DNA from: Candidatus Micrarchaeaceae archaeon
Lineage (GTDB): Bacteria > Chloroflexota > Dormibacteria > Aeolococcales > Bog-877
Length of the DNA stretch: 64,000 nucleotides
NCBI GenBank assembly: GCA_035531715.1
Contig: DATKSI010000034.1
Coordinates: 7,822-71,821 of the forward strand
Reading direction: 5' to 3'
The notes below the pieces were generated by a model. The model made no database searches, had not been told where the DNA came from, and was given only the letters and a program-made list of their open reading frames with translations. Shown piece after piece: positions 55,146 to 64,000 of the stretch. The position numbers were made by a program, and so were the translations under genes. Numbering within the stretch: position 1 is the stretch's first letter; every line of letters begins with the position of its first letter.

Positions 55146-56492
55146 GTGGGGTCCTCATGGGGTGCGGTGAGTCAGGTTGCCGTCATGAGCCTTTCCGCGG
55201 CGGTCCGCCCGTCATTTTCGCTGCGCTTCTCCCCATCGCGGATGGCGGCCCTCTCCGTTTACTGGCTCGCGATCAACTACCTGTGGCAGGGAATGGGGGC
55301 GCTGATCCTCCCCCGGCTGCTCCTGGGGCTGGTTTCCGAGGCACATCGCGGAACGGCGCTGGCGGCCCTCTCTGCCCTCGGCGCGGTGGTGGCGATTCTG
55401 GTCCAGCCCGCCGCCGGTGGGCTGTCGGACCGCTGCCGGGTGGGCTGGGGCCGGCGCAAGCCCTTCATCCTGGCCGGCACTCTGGGCGACCTGGTCTGCC
55501 TTTTGGGTCTGGCCTTGGCCGGGAGCTACGGAGCCCTGATCATCCCCTACTGCGCTCTGCAGATCTGCTCCAACACCGCCGAGGGCGCCTACCAGGGTCT
55601 GCTCCCTGACCAGGTACCGAGCGCTGAGCGGGGCCGGGCATCAGGCTATTACGGGCTGGCGGTGTTTATCGGGACCGCGATCGGATTTCTCCTGACCGGC
55701 ATGCTCATATCGATCGGTCACATCCGATTGGCCTTGCTCAGTGTCGGGGTGGTGCTGATCCTGGCCATGCTGGTAACCCAGCTCTTCGTGCCCGACTCCC
55801 CCGCCCGAGCGCCGCTCCCCAGTCGCCGATCGGCAATTCTGGGGGTGTTCAGCTTCCGGCCACGGGAGAATCCCGACTTCACCAGGCTCCTGGTCTCGCG
55901 ACTGCTCTCCCTGATGGGGATCACCGGGCTGACCGACTTCGCGCTGCTCTTCATCAAGGCGACCTTTTATCCGGGATCGGGGAGTTCGGTTGCCAATCGG
56001 GCCTCGGGAGCCACCTCGATCCTGCTGGCGGTCGTGGTTCTGCTGGCGATCGTGGTTACCCTGCCTGCCGCCCGGATCTCTCAGCGGGTGGGGCGCAAGA
56101 CCGTCATCCGGGCAGCTTCCTGGCTGGGGGCGTTCGGGACCCTGCTGCTCGTCTTCGCCAGCTCCTTCAGCCTCCTCTACGTCTACGCAGTGGGGGTCCT
56201 GATCGGTTGTGCATTCGGGATGCTGCTCTCGGTGGACTGGGCCTTTGTCGTCGACCTGGTGCCGCCGGAGTCAGCCGGGCGCTTCATGGGGATCTCAAAT
56301 CTCGCGACCGCCGGGGCAGGCATTCTGGCCACCGTGATTGCCGGGCCCTTGCTTGATTTCGGCAACGGCCTCCGTCACAACGCGGGATACCCCATGATCT
56401 TCGCCTTCTTTGCCCTGGCCCTATTCCTGGGCGGATGGCTGGTCTGGCGGGTGAGAACCCCTGACCAGGTCCGAATCGGCCCCGCTGGCTGA
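55146..56492 (+). CDS. MFS transporter, MFS_2/GPH-like
   Basis: GGLSDRCRVGWGRRKPFILAG loop motif and 12 TM helices. The start may be a downstream ATG (~55185). Confidence 0.7.
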   Translation: MGSSWGAVSQVAVMSLSAAVRPSFSLRFSPSRMAALSVYWLAINYLWQGMGALILPRLLLGLVSEAHRGTALAALSALGAVVAILVQPAAGGLSDRCRVGWGRRKPFILAGTLGDLVCLLGLALAGSYGALIIPYCALQICSNTAEGAYQGLLPDQVPSAERGRASGYYGLAVFIGTAIGFLLTGMLISIGHIRLALLSVGVVLILAMLVTQLFVPDSPARAPLPSRRSAILGVFSFRPRENPDFTRLLVSRLLSLMGITGLTDFALLFIKATFYPGSGSSVANRASGATSILLAVVVLLAIVVTLPAARISQRVGRKTVIRAASWLGAFGTLLLVFASSFSLLYVYAVGVLIGCAFGMLLSVDWAFVVDLVPPESAGRFMGISNLATAGAGILATVIAGPLLDFGNGLRHNAGYPMIFAFFALALFLGGWLVWRVRTPDQVRIGPAG

Positions 56493-56526
56493 GGCCGTCG
56501 AGGGTGCCCGGGACAGCTCTCGCTGC

Positions 56527-58038
56527 TCAGGCGCGAAGACGCAGGACCAGGCGGTGCTGGGGCGCCTGGTCCTTGATCCGCACCATGAGGAGGTGGTCGC
56601 CCGGGTTGAGCTGGGCCGACACGTCCTGGACCGGGTCGGACGAGGTCAGAGTGAAGCTGCGGTAGAAGGAGGGCACCTCGAGCAGAAGTGGATGGAGAGC
56701 CGCATCCCCGGTGAACTCCAGCACCAGCCGGCCATCCTGGTAGTCGTAACTCAGGCTGTCGAGAGTGCCCGGGGTGGCGCGCGGATAGGCCCGGGCGACG
56801 ACCCGCAGCCGGGACTTGATCCGACTGAAGGCCCAGCTGCCACCCTCGTTCCAATCCCAATAGGCCCAGCCAAGTCGGTACCGGTCGAGCTCGTTCATCT
56901 CCCGCGCCACCCAGGCCTGATTGGACTGGCCTAGGCCCGCCCCGATCTCCCCTACCCAGGGGGCGGCGCCCGCCTCGCGGGCCTGATCTTCGAGCAGGGT
57001 CAGGGGGATCGCGTACTGAGGGGATGGCTGCTGCCAGGGCGGTTCCAGCAGAGTGGCAAAGACGTGGCTGGAGTACACCTGGTTCGGGTAAGGCAGGGCG
57101 CCGACATAGGTGGGCAGGCCGAAATCGAGGGTCTGCTCGGTGATCCACATCTGGTGGGGCGCGATCGCCGCCAGGTGCGTGATCAGCTCCGCCTCGAATG
57201 GAAGTAGGTATTTCTTCTCAAAGATGCCCGGAGCGGCGGGGAACGGGTGGGGCTCGTTCCAGAGGTCGAAGCCGGCCAGCGCCGAGTCGTTCCGGAAGGC
57301 CCGCGCCAGGTAGCTCCAGACCCGGGTCACGTCCTGTTGCCAGCCGCCCAGGTCCGCCCAGAAGATCCCGTAGCTGGCCAGCACGCCGGGCGCCAGGTGT
57401 CGGTTCCAGGGCGAGCCCAACGGAAAGCTCCGGGGAAGGCCTCCCGCGACCGCCCAGCTGGGCGCCCCGTCGCCGCCGTAGTAAATGCTCCAGTCGATGT
57501 TGTGCAGATCCAGGATGGTGTAGATCCCGTGGGCAGCTGCGTCGTCGACTACCGCGCGCACCAGCTGCAGGTAGGAACCGGCCATCTGCCCTGGCCGCGG
57601 TTCGAGCCGAGACCAGTTCACCGGTAGCCTGATCACATCGAAGCCGTCCGCCGCCATCTCGGCGAGGTCATGGTCGGTCGGTATCGTTCCCGGCCTCATG
57701 TCCTGGGCCTGTTCCAGCCCGGTCACGTTCATTCCGCGAAGCAAAATCTGCCGCCCCTGGCTGTCCAGGATGACCCGGCCGTTGCTGTGGAGCCAGGGTA
57801 GACCGTGCCCCGCTCGAGTTCCTGCCTCGGTCGTCCGAGTCCGAGCAGAGCCCGGATAGGCTGGGTAAAAGTTGGGGGTGATGGCGTAGGCGCTCAGGGC
57901 CAGGCTGACGCCGAGCAGGGTGACCAGGCAACCTGAGCAGCAGCTGCAGCATCGCCGAATCCGTCCGGGCCAAGAACGTGGCCAACGCCACAGCCGTGGG
58001 CGGTACCTTTTCCGAGCCTTGTTGGGGGGCTCGACCAC
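56527..58038 (-). CDS. Glycoside hydrolase family 5, membrane-anchored
   Basis: FDVIRLPVNWSRLEP, ILDLHN and FDLWNEPHP (GH5 acid/base NEP). N-terminal basic segment plus TM anchor. Confidence 0.8.
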   Translation of the reverse strand: MVEPPNKARKRYRPRLWRWPRSWPGRIRRCCSCCSGCLVTLLGVSLALSAYAITPNFYPAYPGSARTRTTEAGTRAGHGLPWLHSNGRVILDSQGRQILLRGMNVTGLEQAQDMRPGTIPTDHDLAEMAADGFDVIRLPVNWSRLEPRPGQMAGSYLQLVRAVVDDAAAHGIYTILDLHNIDWSIYYGGDGAPSWAVAGGLPRSFPLGSPWNRHLAPGVLASYGIFWADLGGWQQDVTRVWSYLARAFRNDSALAGFDLWNEPHPFPAAPGIFEKKYLLPFEAELITHLAAIAPHQMWITEQTLDFGLPTYVGALPYPNQVYSSHVFATLLEPPWQQPSPQYAIPLTLLEDQAREAGAAPWVGEIGAGLGQSNQAWVAREMNELDRYRLGWAYWDWNEGGSWAFSRIKSRLRVVARAYPRATPGTLDSLSYDYQDGRLVLEFTGDAALHPLLLEVPSFYRSFTLTSSDPVQDVSAQLNPGDHLLMVRIKDQAPQHRLVLRLRA

Positions 58039-58166
58039 CCCCAGAGTCTAGGTCGGCCAGCCGAGGACTCTCCCAGTCGACCGGCTTCGAGGTTAGTCAG
58101 CTGGCGACAGGTGTAATGGCCCGTCCGACCCGCTCCCCGCCGGAAGCGGGTCGGACTCGAGCCGAG

Positions 58167-58832
58167 TCAGCTGTTTCGGCGCGAACGCCAGAAGACCAGC
58201 GCCGCCACGCCCAGCGCGAGGGCGCCGACCAGCGCCGCCCCGCCGGGTACGACCCACCGCCGCGCCTGGGCGCTGGGCGGCATCACCTCGACCCGGGCAA
58301 CTGCTCGAGGGGGCGGCTTGACCGAGTCTGGCCCGGGTCGCTCTGGCCCGGTTTTGGTTGCCGGGCGGGTCGCTGGTGGGGCTGAAGCGGCGATCTGGGC
58401 GGCGCCCGCCAACTCCTTGGCCACGGCGCGCTGGAAGCGGGCGATGACCGACATCACCGCGCGGTCCAGGTCTCCCTTGGCAATTTCCCCCAGCCGTCCC
58501 CGACCATCGACCAGCACCGTCAGCCGCAGATCGCAGCCGCCACCGGGATCGTCACGGAATCGAGCTCTCACTTCGGCGTGAGCCCGACCCGTGCCCCGCA
58601 CCTCCTTGCCGCTGAGGGTCCAGGTGAGGTGCCGTCCCTCCTCCTCAGTGTGTTGCCGCGCGTAGCCGCGATAGGTGACGGAGTGCCCCCCGACGAGCAC
58701 CCGCAGTGTGCCTCGCCCGTCCGTACCCAAGGTCAGTCCGGGGGCCAGCCGCAGCGCTCCCTGGCGGGTGGCCAGCAGATCCCAAGCTTGAGCCGCGGAC
58801 CCGGGAAGCTTGACGGTTCTAATCAGGGTCAA
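58167..58832 (-). CDS. SRPBCC/CoxG-like protein with C-terminal TM anchor
   Basis: MTLIRTVKLPGSAAQAWDLL... has a CoxG-like layout. Pro-rich linker and terminal helix GGAALVGALALGVAALVFW. 4-nt overlap with the upstream RDD gene. Confidence 0.55.
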   Translation of the reverse strand: MTLIRTVKLPGSAAQAWDLLATRQGALRLAPGLTLGTDGRGTLRVLVGGHSVTYRGYARQHTEEEGRHLTWTLSGKEVRGTGRAHAEVRARFRDDPGGGCDLRLTVLVDGRGRLGEIAKGDLDRAVMSVIARFQRAVAKELAGAAQIAASAPPATRPATKTGPERPGPDSVKPPPRAVARVEVMPPSAQARRWVVPGGAALVGALALGVAALVFWRSRRNS

Positions 58833-59545
58833 CCGGGAGCCTCCTCGCGACCTACCTCAGGCGCGGGTGGTGATTGGTCAGGTACGGGGCCCCAACCCGG
58901 CAGATGGCCGCTGCGGGTTACCGAGGGGTCCGGAGGGCTGGCTGGGGGTACGGCAGGAGGACCTAGGCCGGTGAGCTCCAATAAGGACCGGCCCTGATCG
59001 GCTTTGCGCACCACCATCGTCCGGCCAATCAGATCCTCCGGGCCGCGGTGGTCGGGACGCAGCAGGATGACCAGGGTACCGCCCACATACTGCAGCAACC
59101 AGATCCAGACTCCGATGATCGGAATAAACGGGTTCCCCACCCAGAACACCACCGAGCGCAACAGCGCGTCGCGAACGGTCATCGGCCGGCCGTCGATGCG
59201 GGTGATGCGCAGGCCCAGGGCCAACTTGCCGAGAGTGGCGCCGGCAACTAAGTACATCCCGATCAAGTACACCGCGGTGAGCGCGGCGGCGACCAGGCCA
59301 AAGTGCACCAACTGGACCAGGAACTGGTGATCCAGAGCGATGAAATGCGAATTCTTCGCGAGGTTGGCGGCGTTCCGGCCGCGGGCATAGGCGATCAAGC
59401 GGGAGTATTGGTGGCCAGCGATCGGGACGGCGGCGATCACCTCGACAACGAAGAGCACCAGGAAGTCGATCACCGCCGCTCCCAGCCGCTCCCACGACGG
59501 GAGGGCGGCGCTGCCCGTCGGCGACGGGTTCGGACCGCCGATCAT
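58829..59545 (-). CDS. RDD-family membrane protein
   Basis: SWERLGAAVIDFLVLFVV...TLGKLALGLRITRIDGRPMTVRDALLRSVV...DHRGPEDLIGRTMVVR fits the RDD pattern. Confidence 0.75.
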   Translation of the reverse strand: MIGGPNPSPTGSAALPSWERLGAAVIDFLVLFVVEVIAAVPIAGHQYSRLIAYARGRNAANLAKNSHFIALDHQFLVQLVHFGLVAAALTAVYLIGMYLVAGATLGKLALGLRITRIDGRPMTVRDALLRSVVFWVGNPFIPIIGVWIWLLQYVGGTLVILLRPDHRGPEDLIGRTMVVRKADQGRSLLELTGLGPPAVPPASPPDPSVTRSGHLPGWGPVPDQSPPAPEVGREEAPG

Positions 59546-59716
59546 GGCCGACTCATCGTGGGATCTCCTTCGGTTGACGCCGCGGGCGGGGCAGCTCGGC
59601 TCCCCGCCCGAATTCTAGGCGGCGGCGCGCTCTCCGAGCCGAGCTGTGCTGTTGAACCAGTAACAGTTCTGGGACGAGGAACCAAACCCCGGCGACGGCC
59701 CACTAAGGTGGGCCCT

Positions 59717-59950
59717 ATGCAGAAGCCCAACCTGGGGCTCAATCGGCGCTTGAAGAGCACCCGCCGGCGCGTGGCTGGTTCCGCTCTCCTTCGTCGCCTC
59801 CGGAGCGGCACCCTCGGGCAGGGGATGGTCGAATACTCGTTGATTCTGATGTTGGTCGCGCTCGTGGTTCTCGTCATCTTCATCTTGGTCGGTCACAGAG
59901 TGTCGGATCTCTACTCCAACATCGACAACGGTTTCGCCTCCACCGGCTGA
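59717..59950 (+). CDS. flp: Flp/Fap-family prepilin
   Basis: Basic leader, then G/QGMVEYSLILMLVALVVLVIFILVG fits the Flp G/XXXXEY processing motif plus hydrophobic helix. The true start may be downstream of ATG 59717. Confidence 0.75.
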   Translation: MQKPNLGLNRRLKSTRRRVAGSALLRRLRSGTLGQGMVEYSLILMLVALVVLVIFILVGHRVSDLYSNIDNGFASTG

Positions 59951-60055
59951 CCGGACTCGGGGGACCCTCCGGGCCTCTGCTATCCTGAACTCAGGCCCCC
60001 TTCTGCGGGCCCGTCCCGAGAGGCTGGGAGAGCGGCGCTAGGAGTTCAGAGCGCG

Positions 60056-60355
60056 ATGACCTACGTGATCGGTGAGACCTGCGTCGACGTCAAGGACAAA
60101 TCCTGCGTCGAGGTGTGCCCGGTGGACTGCATCATCGGAGCCGACGAGGACCGAATGCTCTTCATCGACCCCCAGGAGTGCATCGACTGCGGGGCTTGCG
60201 TGGATCCCTGCCCGGTGGACGCGATCTACGCCGAGGAGGACCTTCCCACCGAGTGGGTTGAGTGGACCGCCATCAACAAGCTCTACTTCGCCAGCGCCGA
60301 CGAGGCTCGGGCCCAGGTCAACGCCAAGACCCCGGACGCCGCCAAACCGGGCTGA
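60056..60355 (+). CDS. fdxA: 7Fe ferredoxin (3Fe-4S plus 4Fe-4S)
   Basis: MTYVIGETCVDVKDKSCVEVCPVDCI...CIDCGACVDPCPVDAI. Confidence 0.9.
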   Translation: MTYVIGETCVDVKDKSCVEVCPVDCIIGADEDRMLFIDPQECIDCGACVDPCPVDAIYAEEDLPTEWVEWTAINKLYFASADEARAQVNAKTPDAAKPG

Positions 60356-60496
60356 AGCTCGTGTTCGGTTTAGGGTTCTAACCACAGTTTCCCGACCGCT
60401 TCCTTCGTCTCAGGGACACGATGGTCGGACCGGCCCCGGCTGGTACGCTGGCCTCAAGGATCAGCGGAGAGTCCGCCAGGGCAGCGGAGGATGTAA

Positions 60497-61954
60497 ATGG
60501 TCATGGCCGTCGAGGGAAAGCTGGAACCGACCGTCAAGGAAGATCCCGCTGCGGTGATCGCCTTCGCCAGGGATCAGGGGATCAAGTTCGTCGACTTTCG
60601 CTTCAGCGACCTCTTGGGCCAGTGGCAGCACTTCAGCGTGCCGACCTCCGAACTCACCGAGCGACTTTTCGCCGAGGGAGTCGGTTTTGATGGGAGCAGC
60701 ATCAGGGGCTTCCAGCAAATTCACGAGAGCGACATGCTGCTCTTCCCCGACCCCCGGACCGCCTTCGTCGATCCCGTGCTCGAGGTCCCGACCCTCTCCT
60801 TGATCTGCGACATCGGCGACCCCGTGACCAAGGGCCGCTACAGCCGGGACCCCAGGTATATCGCTCGGAAGGCGGAGGCTCACCTCCGAGAGAGCGGGAT
60901 CGCCGACACCAGCTACTGGGGACCGGAGATGGAGTTCTACATCTTCAACTCCCTCCGCTTCGGCCAGACGGTGAATGAGGGTTTCTACCACATCGACTCC
61001 TCGGAGGGGATCTGGAACAGCGGCCAGAACGGCACTCCGAACCTGGGCTTCCGGCCCCGGCTCAAGGAGGGATACTTTCCCACCCCGCCGGTGGACCAGT
61101 TGCAGGACGTGCGCAGTCGGATCGCGCTGGCGCTTCAGGAGTCCGGGATCGAGGTGGAAGTCCACCACCACGAGGTCGGCACCGCCGGCCAGGCCGAGGT
61201 CGATATGCGCTACGACTCGATGGTCTCGATGGCGGACAAGGTTCTGGTCTTCAAGTACATCGTCAAGAATGTCTGCCGCCGGGAGGGGTTGGTGGCCAAC
61301 TTCATGCCCAAGCCGCTCTTCGGTGACAACGGCAGCGGGATGCACACCCACCAGTCGCTGTGGAAAGAGGGGGTGCCCCTCTTCTACGACAAGGACGGCT
61401 ATGCCCTGCTGAGCGACTTGGCGAGGTGGTACATCGGCGGCCTCCTGGCCCACGCCCCGGCGGTGTTGGCCTTCGCCGCTCCCACCACCAACAGTTACCG
61501 TCGGTTGGTTCCCGGCTACGAGGCCCCGATCAAGCTCGCCTACAGTGCCCGCAACCGGAGCGCTTGCGTCCGCATCCCGACCTACAGTGACCGCCCGCAG
61601 CTGCGTCGACTGGAGTTCCGTTCCCCGGATGCGACCGCCAATCCGTACCTGGCCTTTTCAGCCATGCTGATGGCTGGCCTGGACGGGATCCGCCACCAGA
61701 TTGAGCCGCCAACCCCGGTCGAGGCCGACCTCTACGAGCTCGAGGGGGCGCGGGCCGACGCGGTCAAGAACCTGCCGGGCAGCCTGGAGGAGGTGCTGGC
61801 CGCGCTGGAGCAGGACCAGAAGTTCCTCTTCGAGGGGGGGGTTTTCACCGAGGATCTGGTCGACACCTGGATCGCCCTGAAGCGGGAGCGGGAGGTGGAC
61901 CCGGTCCGGCTCCGGCCCCACCCCTACGAGTTCATGCTGTACTCGGACTGCTGA
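60497..61954 (+). CDS. glnA: Glutamine synthetase, type I
   Basis: IKFVDFRFSDLLGQWQH, GFDGSSIRGF, PKPLFGDNGSGMHTHQSLW, SYRRLVPGYEAP and NRSACVRIP. Confidence 0.95.
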   Translation: MVMAVEGKLEPTVKEDPAAVIAFARDQGIKFVDFRFSDLLGQWQHFSVPTSELTERLFAEGVGFDGSSIRGFQQIHESDMLLFPDPRTAFVDPVLEVPTLSLICDIGDPVTKGRYSRDPRYIARKAEAHLRESGIADTSYWGPEMEFYIFNSLRFGQTVNEGFYHIDSSEGIWNSGQNGTPNLGFRPRLKEGYFPTPPVDQLQDVRSRIALALQESGIEVEVHHHEVGTAGQAEVDMRYDSMVSMADKVLVFKYIVKNVCRREGLVANFMPKPLFGDNGSGMHTHQSLWKEGVPLFYDKDGYALLSDLARWYIGGLLAHAPAVLAFAAPTTNSYRRLVPGYEAPIKLAYSARNRSACVRIPTYSDRPQLRRLEFRSPDATANPYLAFSAMLMAGLDGIRHQIEPPTPVEADLYELEGARADAVKNLPGSLEEVLAALEQDQKFLFEGGVFTEDLVDTWIALKREREVDPVRLRPHPYEFMLYSDC

Positions 61955-61965
61955 ACCATTTGGGT

Positions 61966-61993
61966 CGCCGCCCCGGGATGGCCCGGGGCGGCG
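61966..61993 (+). terminator. Perfect 12-bp GC hairpin 12 nt downstream of the glnA stop
   Basis: cgccgccccggg-atgg-cccggggcggcg. No following U-tract, so an intrinsic-terminator function is presumed, not shown. Confidence 0.5.
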
Positions 61994-62310
61994 GATCCGT
62001 CGGATCGGAGGGATGCCGTCGGATGAGGAGAGCAGGTTCCGCCTCCGCGCGGGGTAGGTGAAGGGTTTGCCCCGCCGGGAACCTTGCGGCGAATTTAGTT
62101 CCTAGCACGGCGTTTGGCACCCGCGTAACCACTCCGCGACACCGGTGGACGGACCCCCTACTGGACGCACTTGGCCACCGCCTCGGGCGGACCCGTAGCT
62201 GGACGCAGCGACTGGCGCAGCGGCGGAGGCAAGTCCGGCTTGGAGCCGGCAGCCCGCTGCCCGAACGTCTCCCTCGTTGTCGATCTGGGCGAACGGCGGG
62301 GGACCCACGC

Positions 62311-63237
62311 CTAGGCGGCGCCGGCGGTGGCAGGCGGTGCGTGGGGCGCGGGCTCGCGTCGGATCACGACGGTGGTTACGCCCAGCAGGATGAGCGCTCC
62401 ACCGACCAAGGTCGGCAGGGATGGGTGATCGCCCCTAACCCAGACCGCCAAGGCAGTTCCCAGGAGGGGCTGAATGAAGAGAAGCGGAGCGATCGCCCCG
62501 GGCATCACGCGCTGAAGTCCCCAGAGCCAGCCCCAGTAGCAGAGGGCGGTAGTTATCGATCCCAGGTAGACAATCCCGATCCAGCCGGCGATTGACAGGG
62601 AGGGCCAGCCTCTCACCCAGAGGGCCGCCAGCCCGGCCGGCCACCAGGCGATCAGGCTGCCGGTCACCGCAGCGGCGGTGATCAGCAAAGGGGGGTAGCG
62701 CGCCACCACAGTCCGGCCGATGACAGTGAAGCCCGCCTCGAGGATCAGCGAGGCCACTACCAGCAGATTCCCCACGCTCTGGTGCCCGGTCAGCAGGCTG
62801 GGGGCGTTGAGGCCCCCCTCTACCACCAAGTACACGCCAAGCCCACCCAGGGCGAGACCACCAGCCTCCAGCCGGCTGATTCGCTCTGTGAGGAAGGCGA
62901 CGCTCAGCAAGACGGTGGCCAGAGCCTCGGCGGCGATGAGCAGAGCCGTGTCGCTGGCGGTGGTCAGGCTCAGTCCCCAGTATTCGAGCGCCTTGTTCCC
63001 CACGAAGCCCAGGAAAACCATGGCGACCAGCCGCCAGCGGTCCCCCTGGCGCTTGGGCAAACGGTGCCGCCCCCGCCAGAGGATGGGAAGCAGGATGGCC
63101 GCGGCAATGGTGAAGCGGAGCATGTTGACGCTGGCGAACGGCCAGTTCGCGAGCGCCGCCTTGCCGGCGATGTAGGAGCCGGCCCAGAGACAGTTGGTGG
63201 CGGCAAGGACGAGCAGCGCCCGCTGCCGTCCCGACAT
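62311..63237 (-). CDS. DMT-superfamily (EamA) transporter
   Basis: 10-TM protein with two EamA-like halves (LWAGSYIAGKAAL...). Confidence 0.8.
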   Translation of the reverse strand: MSGRQRALLVLAATNCLWAGSYIAGKAALANWPFASVNMLRFTIAAAILLPILWRGRHRLPKRQGDRWRLVAMVFLGFVGNKALEYWGLSLTTASDTALLIAAEALATVLLSVAFLTERISRLEAGGLALGGLGVYLVVEGGLNAPSLLTGHQSVGNLLVVASLILEAGFTVIGRTVVARYPPLLITAAAVTGSLIAWWPAGLAALWVRGWPSLSIAGWIGIVYLGSITTALCYWGWLWGLQRVMPGAIAPLLFIQPLLGTALAVWVRGDHPSLPTLVGGALILLGVTTVVIRREPAPHAPPATAGAA

Positions 63238-63241
63238 CAGC

Positions 63242-64000
63242 TCACTGAGAGCCGAGCCACCGCCCCAACGCCGCCAGCGGGGGACAGCCGGCGGAGAGCA
63301 GCTGGCTGTGGAAGGAGCGCAGGTCGCCCCGATTGGAACGCAGCCACTCCTCCCGCCAGCCGAGGATCTCCAGCTTGCCTAAGGTGTAGACGAGATAAAG
63401 CGGGTCGATGGTCGCCCTCATCGCCTCCCGCCGCGCCGGGAGCTCGTCCAGACCGATTCGGTCGATGAAGAGCTGGGTCCCTTCCTCGACCGGCCATCCC
63501 TCGGCGTGGATCCCGACGGTGGTCCGATAGCGGCAGGCGCGCAGCAAGGCGTCTTCGATCTGCGCCAAATGCAGGAGCCGGTCCCGCTCGGCTAGTCCAC
63601 GTTCGATCATCAGCAGCTCCGCATAGTGAGCCCAGCCCTCTCCCGAGCCCGAGGTCCAGAAGAAGCGGCGGATCTCCGAGCTGACCCCTAAGGAATAGAG
63701 GTATTGGACGTGGTGTCCCGGGTAGACCTCATGCACGCTGGTGTTTTTCAGAGTTCCCCGATTGAGGTATCGGAGCCACTCGTCGGTCTCCCGCTCACTC
63801 CAGCTGGGCTGGGGGGTGGTGACGTAGTAGATGGACGGGAGTGGTCGCTGCTCGAGCGGGCCAACCCCGTCGTACGCGGCACTCACCCAGGCGGTCAGGA
63901 AGCCCGGACTGGGCCTCACCTCACAGCGGGGCCCGTCCGGGATCGACACTTCGGCCTCCTCCTCCACGAAGTGGCGGAGCTCCGCCAACAGGCCGTCTGC
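63242..64000 (-). CDS. DUF885-family protein, 5'-truncated by the window edge
   Basis: HEVYPGHHVQYLY... is the DUF885 HExxH-like core. The reading frame is open to the window end. Confidence 0.7.
   Translation of the reverse strand, partial: ADGLLAELRHFVEEEAEVSIPDGPRCEVRPSPGFLTAWVSAAYDGVGPLEQRPLPSIYYVTTPQPSWSERETDEWLRYLNRGTLKNTSVHEVYPGHHVQYLYSLGVSSEIRRFFWTSGSGEGWAHYAELLMIERGLAERDRLLHLAQIEDALLRACRYRTTVGIHAEGWPVEEGTQLFIDRIGLDELPARREAMRATIDPLYLVYTLGKLEILGWREEWLRSNRGDLRSFHSQLLSAGCPPLAALGRWLGSQ

Noticed and set aside
60370-60400. Possible GlnR-type box (gttctaaccacagtttc) upstream of glnA.
   Set aside because: It matches the GTnAC-n6-GaAAC consensus only partially, in a single copy. That is not enough to call.

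Overview
High-GC (roughly two-thirds G+C) bacterial chromosomal window, densely coding, with frequent 4-nt NTGA stop/start overlaps. Gene content suggests an actinobacterium-like lineage (inference from the phosphatidylinositol/PIM genes, 7Fe ferredoxin and gltX with tRNA-Gln/tRNA-Glu). Main blocks: (1) a Gram-positive-type tad/Flp pilus locus at 109-8436 (cpaB, TadZ-like, tadA/cpaF, tadB, tadC, three TadE/TadG-like pseudopilins, a second TadZ-like ATPase). Its Flp prepilin is ~51 kb away at 59717-59950 and no prepilin peptidase is in view. (2) A VapBC-type PIN/RHH pair. (3) A cobalamin-riboswitch-controlled ECF transporter operon led by a DUF4430-like lipoprotein (10704-14492, minus strand). 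(4) Housekeeping genes: typA, gltX, purEK, holB, ricT, fdxA, glnA. (5) An S53 peptidase, ECF sigma factor and repeat-tailed putative anti-sigma factor. (6) A decayed integrative-element remnant beside tRNA-Gln (truncated integrase, amber-interrupted thioesterase, two diverged 5' fragments of one gene family). (7) arsC/arsM genes, and an ArsR-family regulator translationally coupled to an ino1, acyltransferase x2, pimA, PI-phosphate synthase lipid operon. (8) Several MFS transporters, one fused to a cyclic-nucleotide-binding domain. I found no CRISPR array, intact mobile element, rRNA or recognisable defence system, and no convincingly novel multi-gene system. The best leads are the riboswitch/ECF/lipoprotein operon, the split tad system with two Lys-less TadZ paralogues, and the ArsR-ino1-PIM operon. 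All family calls come from reading motifs by eye, not from database searches.
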